DNA of 64,000 bases from Felis catus (GCF_018350175.1 NC_058368.1:75518001-75582000), one strand, 5' to 3'. Positions 12,269 through 25,676 are shown, numbered from the stretch's first letter. The notes: a model not told the origin generated them from the sequence alone. A program made the numbers and translations.

Positions 12269-13040
12269 TGAAGTTATAGAAGATACAACCATGGGCAAGA
12301 TATGAGTACAGCTGCTCTTATGGATTTTACCAGATTGAGAGGTGTAATTAAACGGGCAGGTGCAACCCAGAGAAATGAGTGCAATCAGGATGTACAACTC
12401 CTCTTCAGGGTGGTGAGAGAAGTTTTGTGGAAACATTAATAGATGCTGAGTCAAAAATCAAGTTATAAATCACAGGAGAAGAGTATGAGGGAGAAGGGCT
12501 CCTACAAACTCTTCAAAGCAGACGGGACCTTCATTGAGGAATTGAAATTAATTCATATTCCCAGGGCATTGAACAGCAGGTGGAAATTTGGTACCTGAAT
12601 CCTAAGAGCCCATACCCACCAGAGAAGTAAGTCTGTATTGGTCGCAGTTAATAGGAAATTGTAAGAGGACTTGATGGGATCATTTCTCTGGCTCCAGTCA
12701 AGGGATGGACGGTGGAATCAGGCCTAAACCAGGTAACCATGCCAGCAATCCATTGCCATGTTTGATGGTAACATAAGACCAGGAATGAGAAAGGGGATGG
12801 AGAAAACCGGACGTCTTTTTGAAAGATCAATTCAAGTTACTGGCTGATAAAATATGGGGGGTGAGTGCGAGAAAGGGGCCAAGAATAATGTTTACGTTTC
12901 CACCTTTGGAGACTAGATGCGTGGGGTCACCGGCAGGAACACAGGGGATATCAGAGGAAATGAAGATTTGGGAGAGTCTAATTTAGGCAAAATATAAGGG
13001 ACATCCAAAGGCAGGAATCTTGAATGTTGATGTGAATTTT

Positions 13041-13048
13041 ATATATAT

Positions 13049-13086
<38 letters not shown>

Positions 13087-13114
13087 ATATACATACACAT
13101 ATACATATATACAC
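13041..13114. repeat. (TA)n(CA)n microsatellite
   Basis: Direct reading. Confidence 0.95.
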
Positions 13115-13899
13115 AGAAGCAATAGTATTATATGTGCGCATGTAAAATGTGTATTCTATGTAGATTTTGGAACCAAAGGCCATATGTGTGAATCATCAGC
13201 CTGCTACTGTACTTGAAGCTTTTGGAATGTAACTTCTCACCCAGGGAAAAAAGAATAGAGAGAGAAAGATAGGCGACCCACCGAACTACATATCAGGGAC
13301 ATGGTGGCCAGTGTTCACAGCTCACTGGTTCACCTCCCCTGTTTTTCTTGTAGGTTTCGGGAGAATGTAAAACTTTCTCTGTAAAAATCAATTTATTTTT
13401 ATATTTAGTGCTATGTTACTGTTAATTTATTATCATTGTAATTGCAGTATTCTGCCTAATTCCTCCCCAGTAGGACCATGTTTTCAACAAACGCCAGCCT
13501 AACTTCCATACGCGGTCGCAACTTCCTGGCTGAGGCGTGTTCTGACACATCTTCCTGTGTTTTCCGATTTGTTTTTATCAGCCAGGGGATTGCTTTTCGC
13601 TGCTTTGGGAAAGTAGACGTTCATTTTATAGAGAAAGCAGGCATTCCTCTCTTAAGGGTAGGAAAAAAAAAAACGCTGCGTATTTTCTTCCTCAAATTCT
13701 AAGGCGTTGTTTCTCCCAACCTGCTTCTGCAGCCCATGAGTTTGTGCACAACAATGAGACGCGCAACTGAAATTGCTTCTACCGATTAAGGGTTGCTTAA
13801 GCAACGGGCTGCGAGAGGCAAGGCTTCCAGTTTACTGCACTTTCTGAGAGCAACCGTAAATTGAGAATCATGGGCTCGTGAACCATTAGGTCTGGTAGG

Positions 13900-14030
13900 A
13901 CCCTAGAGAAACCTTGTGCCTCATTTTCCACTGACGACACGATGGCTTGGGGCCGTGTATTGATTTCTCTGAAGTCACACAGTCAGCGCTGTCAGATCAG
14001 AACCAGACCTTCATTCTTCTGACCTCTCCT
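13900..14030 (-). mobile_element. MIR fragment
   Basis: cctcattttcc...tgaagtcacacagtcag MIR core-like sequence. Confidence 0.55.
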
Positions 14031-14621
14031 CCGGAGCTTTGCTCTGTCTCCTTCCTCGGCCAGCGCTGCCCCGGTCTCAGTGGTGCCAAGTGCCAGAAGG
14101 GCACGTTTTGAGAGGTTGCCTAGGAATAAAAGCAACAGGGAAATGGGGGAAGGATCGGATCAGGGAGGAGTGACTGGAAAAGCGCGGTGTCGTGGAAGTT
14201 AGGGAGACAGGCACAGCGGCTGGGAAATAGGTCGCGTCAAGACCACCCAGCACAAAGCCGGCTTCACATGCAGAAGACATGTTGAAACTTGAAATGTGGG
14301 GGGCGAAAAGGGGAAACGGCACCAATACGCTGGGAGCATAGTGAGTAAATAGGCTCATTACTTTAGTCAGTAGCTGAAAACAGAAGGTGTTAGCTGGCTG
14401 TCAAGGTTCCTCTCAGGCGTGTTGGACCTGCTCTTCCTGTCTGAAGAGAACGTCGTTCCATTTGAGCCAAGGGACAAGCAGGTGCGCATCTTATCTTTCC
14501 GGAGCATCTTTCTTCTATGAGCATGTTTCAGACCTACATGAATTCTAGCTAAAATCCTAAAGCTTGCTATCATTTTCTGCATTTCACAGATGAGGAAATT
14601 GAACCTGAAAAATAGTCTCGA

Positions 14622-14833
14622 GGGGTACTGGGGTAGCTCAGTCTGTTAAGCGTCGGACTCTTGATCTCGACTCGGGTCATGATCTCATGGTTCATGAAAT
14701 CGAGCCCCAAGTTGGGCTCTGGGCTGAGAGCAAGGGATCTGCTTGGGATTCTCTCTCTCCCTCCCGTTCTCTCTCTCTCTGACTTTCCCCACTCTCTCTG
14801 TCTCTCTTTAAAAAATAAATAAACATTAAAAAA
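14622..14833 (+). mobile_element. CanSINE
   Basis: Head ggggtactggggtagctcag, CT tract, A tail. Confidence 0.93.
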
Positions 14834-14846
14834 GTAACCAGTATCG

Positions 14847-14905
14847 AGGGGCACCTGGGTTGCTCAGTTGGTTAAGCATCCAACTTTGGCTCAGGTCATG
14901 ATCTC
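14847..14905 (+). mobile_element. 3'-truncated CanSINE head
   Basis: ggggcacctgggttgctcag...ggtcatgatctc, then abrupt loss of similarity. Confidence 0.85.
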
Positions 14906-14919
14906 TCCTCTTTATAATA

Positions 14920-14992
14920 TAACTTTCAAGCCTGGTTTGGCTATTTGAGATCGTTTATAGCCCCATACAAATTTTAGGATCGCATTTTTCTA
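14920..14992 (-). mobile_element. Short inverted L1 ORF2 segment
   Basis: ctttcaag..tttggctatttgagatcgttt..ccatacaaattttaggat is antisense L1 ORF2. Confidence 0.7.
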
Positions 14993-16208
14993 AATATGTC
15001 TCCTGAGGCAAGGGGAACTTAAAGCAAAACTAAACTAGTGGGATTACATCAAAATAAAAACTTTCTGCCCAGTGAAAGTAACAATCAACAAAACTAAAAG
15101 GCAACCTATGGAATGGGGGAAGATATTTGCAAATGACATATCTGAAAAAGGGTTTAGTATCCAAAATACATAAAGAACTGATTCAACTCAATACCCAAAA
15201 AACAAATAATCCAATTAACAAATGGGCAGACGGCCAACAGACACATGAAAAGATGCTCAACATCCCTCATCCTCAGGGAAATGCAAATCAACTACAATGA
15301 GATATCACCTCACACCCGTTGGAACGGCTAAAATCAACAACACAGGAAAGAGCGAGTATTGGCGAGGATGGAGAAAGGGGAACCCTCTTGCACTTTTGGT
15401 GGGAATGCAAACCGGTGCAGCCCCTGTGGAAAACAGGTTGGAGGTTCCTCAAAAAATTAAAAATAGAACTACCCTATGATCCAGGAATCACGCTATTGGG
15501 CATCTACCCCCAAAATACAAAAATGAAAACCCTAATTCAAAGGGATGCATGCATCCTTGTGTTTAATGCAGCATTATTTACCATGGAAGCAGCCCCGTGT
15601 CCATCGATAGATGAATGGGTGAAAAAGAAGTGGTCTGTGTCTATGTATTTATATCTATCTATCTATCTATCTATCTATCGGAATATCACTCAGCCATATA
15701 AAGAATGAAATCTTGCCATTTGCAGCAACATGGATAGAGCTAGAGAGTATAATGCTAAGTGCAATAAGTCAGTCAGAGAAAGGCAAAGACCATATGATTT
15801 CACTCATATGTGGAACTTCAGAAACCAACCAAACAAAGGGGAAAAAAAAGAGAGACACCAAGAAATAGACTCTTAACTACAGAGAACAAACTAACGGTTA
15901 TCAGACGGAGGGGGTGGGAGATGGGGGGAAAAGGGTATGAAGTTTAAAGAGTATATTTATCGGGGCGCCTGGGTGGCTCAGTCGGTTAAGCGGCCGACTT
16001 CGACTCAGGTCACGATCTCGCGGTCCGTGAGTTCGAGCCCCGCGTCGGGCTCTGTGCTGACAGCTCAGAGCCTGGAGCCTGTTTCAGATTCTGTGTCTCC
16101 CTCTCTCTGACCCTCCCCTGTTCATGCTCTGTCTCTCCCTGTCTCAAAAATAAATGAATGTTTAAAAAATAAATAAATAAAGAGTATTTTTATCATGATG
16201 GGAAAAAA
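14993..16208 (+). mobile_element. Carnivore L1 3' part (ORF2 C-terminus + 3'UTR), split by a SINE
   Basis: Peptides [47 protein letters not shown]. Confidence 0.95.
15962..16181 (+). mobile_element. CanSINE inserted in L1 3'UTR
   Basis: TSD aaagagtatatttatc / aaagagtatttttatc. Confidence 0.96.
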
Positions 16209-16389
16209 TCAAATGGGAAGAAATTATATTGTAAATGAACGTACAGATAAACTAATTATGCCCAAACAAGGGTGAATATCCAAAAGTCATTATTTCCTAA
16301 TTATTATACCACGTTTGTCTATTAGCCACGCTATTGGAGTTATGTATTCATAATATTTCTGTGGTAGAAATGGGGTATATTTACTGAAT

Positions 16390-16905
16390 ATTGCCTCCCA
16401 GCTTTGTGTCCGATGATACCACATCGGCAGCATCAGGTTGGCCATGATGGGAGTAGTTATTCAACAGAAATTGGCAAATGCTGCAACTTGAGACTTCACA
16501 TCTGGGTTTGTGGACCGCCCAGGCTCAAGAAATTGAAGGAAACATTAAATATGGTAGAGTACCATCAAGGTGTGTTATACCCCTTATCCCTTTGTAAATC
16601 ACACAGAATCTTGTCAAATCACAGCTGAAGTACAGGGGTAGGTTGGCCGTGAACACAAGACACAAGCCTTTGGCAAACCTAAAATCAACTGGCTGGCTGG
16701 AATTTACAGTGAAGGTATTGTACGCACTGTATATTTTGTTATTAATTGCCAATTATTTGCCATACGTGTATTTTGCTATTAATTGCCAATTACTTGCCAT
16801 ACATTTTGACGTCAATACAATATAATACAAACTCACACACGCCCATGCACACACATACATCTTATTTTTTCTAGAGAGCCAGCTGTTGAACAGTTTCTGG
16901 CCCAG
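16390..16905. mobile_element. MER63-like (hAT-Blackjack) DNA transposon fossil
   Basis: ccatgatgggagtagttattc..gaaattggcaaatgctgcaa and gagagccagctgttgaacagttt resemble the MER63 consensus (recall). Confidence 0.5.
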
Positions 16906-17726
16906 CCCGAAGCCAAGGGGGTCAGACTGATGAGGTCAGCTGTGCAGGCTCCGACGGGTCAATATTCAGAAAACAGAAATGCAACATAGCAGACAAGGCA
17001 GAAGCCGATCCTCCTAACGAAAAACACTGGGATCATTTCTTGCAGAAGAGTGGCAGCAACCATGCTGGTTGTAACAATGTGGCCTTTCAGTTGAAAGAGC
17101 TGGGAGCAGTATGGATACAGACTTAGGGAAAAAAGAGATCCAGTATTGCTTACGGAAATGCATGCAAAAGCACGGGATAGAGGAGAAGAGGAGTGGAGTG
17201 GAGAAGAAACTATGAAAACCCATGCCCGTGTTGCCCTGCTTGCCAGGAGTGGACACCTGTAGGGATAAAATTCCCTGCCTTCAGCTCATTCAAATGCGGA
17301 ACTCTGGCAAATACTTGCTTTCAAGTCCTCTTGTCATTTACCCCTCCTCGCCAATAGAAGTCAATGGGAAGGTGATTTTCTAGGTAGGAAGCGCCTCAGA
17401 TGAATTATAATTCTGCTTGTATGTTTCATTGACCACATCCAGTTCTTTGGAAGCCGTTTTGTTTATTAAGTGTTTCTGCAGTTTTGTTAAAAAGTGGGCT
17501 TCCTTCTTCATGTGTCTATGGAGTGCTATTGCAGGAAAGTGTGTCCTTTAAAAATCAGTCCATCCCCGTGTGAACTCCAGCCACCTTTCATGCCCCTCCC
17601 ATCATACTCCTTTCTCAGCAGTCCTGGGAACCTTCCCTCATTAGATCCTAAGTCATTCCATCTTCTGTGATGGCAGCTGCTTTCTGCGCACGTTTACATT
17701 TTTTCTCCAAGACTTACAAATTTTAT

Positions 17727-17951
17727 GGGGCGCCTGGGTGGCGCAGTCGGTTAAGCGTCCGACTTCAGCCAGGTCACGATCTCGCGGTCTGTGAGTTCGA
17801 GCCCCGCGTCGGGCTCTGGGCTGATGGCTTGGAGCCTGGAGCCTGTTTCCGATTCTGTGTCTCCCTCTCTCTCTGCCCCTCCCCCGTTCATGCTCTGTCT
17901 CTCTCTGTCCCAAAAATAAATAAATGTTGAAAAAAAAATTAAAAAAAAAAA
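17727..17951 (+). mobile_element. Young felid CanSINE
   Basis: CpG-rich, diagnostic gcgcagtcgg..cagccaggtcacg..tgggctgatgg; TSD acaaattttat. Confidence 0.97.
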
Positions 17952-17992
17952 CAAATTTTATTTACAAAGTTAGGAGACATTTTGGGAATCCA

Positions 17993-17995
17993 ATT

Positions 17996-18034
<39 letters not shown>

Positions 18035-18098
18035 CTTTCTTTTTTTCTTTTTTCTTTCTCTCTCTTTCTTTCCTTCCTTCCTTCTTTCTTTTTTTGTT
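17993..18098. repeat. (CTTT)n low-complexity repeat
   Basis: Direct reading. Confidence 0.95.
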
Positions 18099-20124
18099 TC
18101 TTAACTTTTGCTGCTTTAAAACAATTGATTTCATTCTGGGTCTATTTTTAAGGAGAGAAGTTTTCTCGCTTTACACAGGAAAAGTTTCCTCTACAAGACT
18201 ACAGGAGGAAAACAACAACAAAAAATAAATAAATAAAGAGTGTTTAACTTTTTTTTTTAATAAAGTAAATCCAATTGCAGACAAACAGCTGAAGCCATGA
18301 TAATGAATACATATTCGCTGGTAAAAAAAAAACAATGGTAAAACAATCCAATTTCAATTTTTTTTCCCTAAATAATTGGACCATAGTATTGTCATGGGAT
18401 TATACCCTGACTCCCGTGTAAGACCAGCTACACAGCAAATTTCACAGGAGATTATGAGGACTTCACAAATCAAATATGGAGATATATTCACCACATGAAG
18501 ATATTAAATACAACACAAAATACGGGTTATATGACAACAGAGTTTTTAATCAAAAACATCGAATTGAGCCTCAGATTCCTGTAACAGGGCAGTCATTTCC
18601 ACAAATTCAATGGCTTAATAGTACATCCTGGTGAAATTATTCAGGGGATTTATGGCTGGTTGACGTTTTGTACTCCAACAGTGTCATTCTCACTGGCCCC
18701 CATTACGAATGGCTTTATTTTGGGTTAAGGACTCATCTTTCCTATAAGACGGTAAGGGTCATCAGGTCAAGGGCTTTACGCTAAGTGGCTTTAGAGCTTT
18801 TGCACATTACACATTGCTTGCTTCCTACATATTACCTGGACATACAATATGTAATTGTAAAATGACTTCAGACAGTCTATTTAATAAAGCCACATGAATG
18901 AATTATCTTTCTTGGCTGAAGTCGCGCTCTGCGAACAGAGTATTGACTTCAACTCTAGCCTAAAGTGGGGCTTGAGAAATTGCAAAGGCTCAGAGAAGAG
19001 CCCCAAAGTAATTTTAGGGCAATATTCCGCTGGAAGTCTCAGAAAGCAAGGCGCTTTTAATGACAGTCTACTGGCACTTGACATAGTTGATGTGGGATGA
19101 AGAGCTGTACCCTTTGTTCTGGAAAGCAGAACAACGACGCTGATGATGTGAATTAAGTATGCGGAGGTACTATAGTATCTTTTACTCCTAAATTAACCAA
19201 ATGAGCCCATTGCTTGAGACCGGAGAGCTCTTTCTGCGTTGACTGTGTTAGCAAGAGCCTACGGTAGATTTCAGAGAAGCAAGAAAACCCAACTCTGTAT
19301 TCACTGAGGCTGTTGGATTGACCAGATTGTGGCCATTTCTCCCTCTAATGACAGTAACAAAGTGTCTCAGGTTGTGTGTGGTGTTGATGGATCTAGAGAG
19401 GGCGTGCCAAAGAAGCAGGAGAGAAAAAGACAATCAAAGCATAAAAGAGGATGTATTCTAACAAATAAAAAAAAATACCTGCCTTAAAGTAATTATTTTT
19501 TTATTCATAGGAGCAAAATGAAATTTATGTACTTTCTACTTTTATTATTCTAGAATTTGATGAAGCTCTTTCAGAACGTGTTATTAGAGAACAGAAAACA
19601 ATCTTTCTTGCTCTTATGCAAAAGATAAGTTAGTGAGAAACGAGCTATTAAATCTTTTTAATTGTTCAGTAATGATTAATAAGCTATAAATAATTGTGGT
19701 GGTGATATTAACTGATGCCATCACAGAACAATAAATTTATGCAGGGCTTTGCAAAAGCAACTTCAAGTGAGCCTCAGAAAACCCTGGCTTCCGGACTATT
19801 TACTTTCACATAAAATATACCACAAACAAATTTAATTAAAAGATCAGAATTATCACTTTAATAGGTGGAATTTTTCCCTCATTAGATCTCTTTATTTGTC
19901 TTAATCTATAGATTTACTTTATTTAGGATCAAAATGAATACTGTACCTAACATTTGGTAACACTTGTGTCATATACTGACCTGATGACAGAAGGCGAGTA
20001 TATATCATAAAGGTATATACTTAGCATCTTAATTATTTTTATATTTTTATAATCCATCATAAAATTCTGCACAGTTGAGGATACCTTAATATGCTTAAAA
20101 GTACTGTCTCACAAATAATTTATT

Positions 20125-21900
20125 CATGCATTTCTCTATTATTCAACAAATATTTATTTCATGCTTGCTGTGTGTCACTTGTGTGAGATATGATGAGGAA
20201 TTCAGTCGTGACCCAAAGAGTAGCCCAATGAGGGAGACAGACAGACAATCAAACCATGACAAGAGGGTGTATTGGAGGTAGTGAGAGAAAATGGGAGCAG
20301 GGATTTCTAGATAAAGTGGTCTGGGAAGGTCTGTTAAGGACTTCATCCTTGAACTGAACACTGGAACTTAAGAAATAGCTGGCCAGGAAGGAAGAGCTAG
20401 GGAAAGGAAGAGGGAAGAGGCTGGGTGAAGCCTCCAACCAATCCAAACCCCCAGCCCAGTGTGGGAGCATCGGGTCTAATGAGCCTTTGGCTCCTGGGTA
20501 AGAGAGAGGAAATCAATAGCGACTCCATTCCAGTGGGGAATATTCTTTAAGAAACACCTTTTAGGGAAAGAGGTGGAGTTTTGTTTGGACATTTTCTGTT
20601 CCTGGTATTTGTGAAGCATTTAACTGTAGACTTTTGTGGGATCAACAAATCGGAACTCATGAGACCCAGCAGAGCTGGAGACATAAAGCTTGGCATCATC
20701 AGCATATTTATGGACTTATAACCGCAGGGAGAGTAGAAATCAGGGAACCGGGGAAGGATTCGGATGCTCAGCCTGGAGGAGCCTGGAGCCTTCATGGAGA
20801 GCTGGCGTCCTGATTACTGGGAGGCTGTGGTAACGGAGGAAGCAACATCTTGCTGCTAAAGGCAGTCGAAGACTGAGGAAGTGGGAACACCTACAATCTC
20901 TTATTTCATCAGACGTGGTTTTATTATGGAAGATGGAAGTCGTACATGGGCTGAGGGGAATGATCCTTCACAATATAATGTTTTCATGTATAAAAGGCGG
21001 TCACCACAGAAACATGAGTGTAGGGACTTGAGCTCATGGTAAGGTGCCACTCTTTGATCACAGAGTATTTGAATTTAAAAAAAATTATTTTTGAAATGGT
21101 AAGGATGAAGGGTGTGAAGGTTGGGGATCCAGGGACAGTAGTATTTCCAGGGGACATCAATATTTTTTTTAATGGAGAAGAAACAGCACGAGGTTTTTAA
21201 AAGAGAGTAGCAATACTGTTGCCAGACTTAGCAGGTACGACCACAGGGTGACTAGTAAAATTTGAATTCCAGACGGCAAGGAGAAATGTTTTATATATGC
21301 GTGCCCCGTGCAGTCTTCGAAAGAACGCATGTCCCTGTAATGAGTGAAGGAATCATGGGAAATGAGGAAATGTCTCTAGCAGACATCACAGAGAGCAGAG
21401 ACGAAGGTTCTTCAAGACACAAGAGGGACAAGTGTCATGTGAGGCCGCATCAGGCAGGTGGCAATGAGTGCGTAAGTGGCGTCAGGCTGCCTAATTGTGG
21501 GATTTTCTTCAGGAACATTCCATTGCAGGTATAAGGGAGATTGAGACATAGATTGGCAGTTGGTTGGGTTTATCGAGTTGTGGGTTTGGTGAGCCAAGCA
21601 CAATGAAAGGAGAGGAATACAAGGGAATGGGGGGGTGTTTTTTAAAGGGTAGTTATGGTGATTAAGCTAGATAAGGATGTGATTTCAGGGATATTGCAAT
21701 TTCTGGTGATGAGAACGTTTGTGATGTCGTCTTGGGAATGTGGAACTAAGGGCAATGGGAATAAAAATGTGAGGTGACCACAGAGACGAGAATAACAGGG
21801 GTTGGAAATTTTACCAGGCTAGTGGGAGTAAAGAGAAATCTAGGAACACACACTACAGCTTTGAGTGAATGAGATAACAGAGTTATCAGGAGGTAGGTAA
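20125..21900 (-). mobile_element. L2 fragments
   Basis: L2 3'-end signature attcaacaaatatttatt at ~20141 followed by purine-rich L2-like sequence. Confidence 0.65.
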
Positions 21901-23141
21901 AGCTATGGTAATGATTTCTTTTCTTTCTTTTCTTTTCCTTCGCACGAACCAGCACTCTCCCCTCTCCCCCACCCCAGTTTGGGGACTAGGGAGGCAGGGG
22001 GTGCTGCTGCTGCTGCTGAGAACAAGCTTGTTCGCCCCATTTTCTGACAAGCACGTGTTCTTAGGAAGGCATATCAGTATTTCTCTGTGAACTTAGAATT
22101 GCATTTTTAAATTGATGGCCAAAATCAACATTATTCGATATGTTTTATTAAGGATTTTCTCCTGTAAAGGTTAAGAATCTATTACAGTGCTTCTCATTAT
22201 GACATATTTCATTTTGTAAAAAAAAAAGTGTTTCTTTATTTTGTATCCAATTTCATATTTTTCACTATGTATAAAAGAAAATTGAAGTGTCATTCCAGAA
22301 TGTACAAATCTGCTTTCAAGGGAAGCAGGATTCTAGCAACCTATGACCAGACCACCAACATTAGTTGTATAAGAACCGTATCTCTTTATTTTTGTTTTTC
22401 CATTACACCCTGTGAGTTCTTATTTTGAACCCCATTTTGCAGGCTGGCAGAAAACTTTTGCTGATAATCCAGGAAAACTCAGCCAGTTCATCGTCTTTGA
22501 GCCTTTGTCGTGTACGCTTTGCTGATTTTAGGTCCTGTCCCATCTCCTTCCAACTCTTGTGATTTGCATTTTATTTTCTGGGAGACGAAGTAGTAATGTC
22601 TTTTTGCAATTGCAGACAATGAGGAGAACTCTTTGACAATAGCTGAAGTTGGGTACCTTCTATACACAACCGTTCCAAATAAACTGGGTTCTCACACCTA
22701 AGACTGGGGACTGGACCTGGATGGACAGCAGAGGGCAAGACTTCTTCTGGCCAACACTGTCTTTCATTTCCCCTGAAAATTTTCCTTTTCATTATCTTCC
22801 ATTTGGAGGATCTTTATCTAGACTCATGGGGGTAGTTGTGGTGACAAAGATTATCTCTATTCAAACTCACATTCTTCCAAAGTTCTATGTCTTGTATCTG
22901 ATCTTTGCCTCTTGAAAGACAATCAGCCATTTCCTATATTGTAAAAATGTAAACAAGGAACACCCAGAAATATACACAAATACTGTCGTTATTTAATTTA
23001 ACATATGCATATATGGATGTACCTGCAGATAAACACACAGACACATTCATATTCATGTGTTTGCATGTGTGTGCATGTATAATGTCAGATGGAATTGAGG
23101 GCAATAGAGAAAAATAAAGCAGGGTTTAAAAAAAAAGATCT

Positions 23142-23362
23142 CGGGACGCCTGGGTGGCTCAGTCGGTTGAGCGTCCGACTTCAGCTCAGGTCATGATCTC
23201 GCGGTCTGTGAGTTCGAGCTCCGCGTCGGGCTCTGTGCTGAACAGCTCAGAGCCTGGAGCCTGTTTCGGATTCTGTGTCTCCCTCTCTCTCTTCCCCTCC
23301 CCCGTTCATGCTCTGTCTCTCTCTGTCTCAAAAATAAATAAACGTTAAAAAAAATTAAAATA
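23142..23362 (+). mobile_element. CanSINE
   Basis: TSD aaaagatct. Confidence 0.96.
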
Positions 23363-23369
23363 AAAGATC

Positions 23370-23960
23370 TGGATTGTGGGGTACGGTGGAATGGTGAAAA
23401 TAGGAAAGCTGTCTCTGATAAGGTGAAGATTCCATAGTGATCTCCATATTCTGGGACAAGTATTCAAGCATGAGTATTTAAGCACATAAAGCTCTGAGAC
23501 CTGAGTGACCAGGTCATAGTGTGTGTGTGTGTGTGTGTGTGTGTATTCAAAAGAGAGACAGACAGAGAGACAGAGACGGAGAAATGGAGGAAAGGAGTGG
23601 GGGCAGGGAGGAAGACAGAAGTGGTCGGATACAGAGGTGGGGAACAGGATCGGACCTTCAAGTTCTGTAGGTCATGGTGAAGACTTCACACTTGAGTGTG
23701 AAGGAGATTTCAAACCAACCATTGGAGGTGAATGGCAGGATCCACGTTACATTTTCTAAGGATCACTCAGCTAAGTGGAGAATTTGCTCTGAATGGGGGA
23801 GCGAGGCTGGCCACTGGGCCCAGTGAGCAGGGTTATTGCAATGACCAAGTGGAGAGATGATTATGGCTTACCAGATAGTAGCTGGGAAGATTTCAGAGAT
23901 AGTCAAGATGCTGGACATATTTAAAGGTAGACCTAAGAGCATTTGTTGACGGATTAGATG
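23370..23960 (-). mobile_element. L2 fragment containing a (TG)n tract
   Basis: tgtaggtcatggtgaagacttc..ctggacatatttaaaggtagacc..gatttgttgacggattagatg. Confidence 0.7.
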
Positions 23961-25472
23961 TCGGGCTTAGTCAACTTGGGAAGAAGAGTTGAGAGTTATT
24001 CTATCCCTTTTCAGATGGTGATTCTTAGCACATATAGTTTTATTGATATGCCCCTCAGACTCATAAAGCATATCTATCACCCATATAATAGTAACATAGA
24101 CATAAGTTACGTTGATGTACCCAAGAGCAAAAGAGGCATTAAATTTCCAGCAAAAGTATGTAAGTAGTTGTAATGAAGAGAAGGATTAGTGTTTGCAAAA
24201 GGCTTTGCAATGATAGGTGCTAACAATATCGTCAGGACTCCTGTATCTTCTTCAGCCATGCTCCTTGGAGTCACTCTCATTTCAGAGAGATCATTTCTAA
24301 CCATGTGCTACAACCACTGATCAAATGTAAATGTTCACAGTGGTTTCATCCGAATTGCCAAGACGAAGATTTTCATACTCAGCATTAGAAAATGTATCAT
24401 TCAGCAAACAACACTCGGCCTTTTCTAAAAAGGATTTTCAATATTCAAGACTATGCCAATTGAATGCAGTGAGATTTAACATTTGTATTACTGGTATGTT
24501 TGGTTTGTATATAATCTTGGACACAGAAGTTCCCCATGAAATATACATGCTCTTTATATTATTACACAAATATTTTTATAGTCAGACACGGACGTTTTGA
24601 AATTACCTGTGTTCCTTTTCTTTCATCCGCACCTGTCTAATTTCGAATATGGTATTTTTTTTGTAACTGCAGTTTCCACGATAGCTTCCATAAATTGTTT
24701 TCACATTTTATCTCAGCTTATGTCAAAACTACTTTAAAAGGTGTAAGTCACTATAATTATGGTATGTTGAGGCAATTGAAACCCTAGTGATTAATGAACT
24801 TAGTTCTTTAAGTCCTGTGAGTTTTATCTAAGATGTGAATCCCAATATTATGATTTCAATTTCTCTAAAAATACGTTTTGTTGTATTATTTTCGACTGCA
24901 GAGTGGTGTGGAGCCAAGTTGCCTGTATTAGAACTGTCTCAGAAAGGCAAATATCACAGCTGATGGGCTATAGAAAGTAAGTGTACCTTTATTGGTGACC
25001 AGAATAAATGGTAACATTCTGGACAAAATGCACCATTCTTGGACTGTCCCCACTGTTTGTCAGATGATGGAACTGAGGCTGGAGAGACAGATACAATAAA
25101 TTGCAATTAAATGACGGGGACAGGATCCACCCGTTTTCACTGATTTCAACGTCTACAGCATCCCTATTCTATCAGACCCTCTTCTAACTTAGTTAAATGA
25201 AGTCTGCACACACAACATTTAAGTAGTTTCTAAAGGTCCCACAAAAAACGCGTACATACACATGTCTACCCACATATAAAATAGAAGAACAGAGGATCCT
25301 GGGGAAACATGTGCTCACTATGTAGAGTCATAGAAATCCTGCTGTTGAACTCTTTTGGGGGAATAATGAAGGTCCAGAGAAGGTAAGAAACAATCTTCTT
25401 ACTTCTTACACATCGCTGCTCATTAGCCTGCTCTGTACCACCCCCTGATCCAACCTTTAAGAGGATGATGAA

Positions 25473-25676
25473 GGGGCGCCTAGGTGGCTCGGTTGAGCGG
25501 CCGACTTCGGCTCAGGTCATGATCTCGCGGTCCGTGAGTTCGAGCCCCGTGTCGGGCTCTGTGCTGACAGCTCGGAGCCTGGAGCCTGTTTCCGATTCTG
25601 TTTCTCCCTGTCTCTGACCCTCCCCCGTTCATGCTCTGTCTCTCTCTGTCCCAAAAATAAATTAAAAAAAAAAAAA
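25473..25676 (+). mobile_element. CanSINE
   Basis: TSD aagaggatgatgaa. Confidence 0.97.

Larger units (their letters stand above)
12040..13260 (-). mobile_element. L2 fragments (interrupted by a MER53-like element and a microsatellite)
   Basis: Purine-rich L2-like text (ggggtgagtgcgagaaaggggccaagaataatg). Confidence 0.6.

Noticed and set aside
15962..16045. tRNA-like A/B box sequences
   Set aside because: They are tRNA-derived SINE heads, not tRNA genes
17653..17954. Recurrent ORFs such as MGQRETEHERGR and MAQSVERPTSAQV across the window
   Set aside because: Translations of CanSINE sequence, not genes
18448..18583. Exon-like open stretch DYEDFTNQIWRYIHHMK
   Set aside because: Weak acceptor, no recognisable homology, no partner exons
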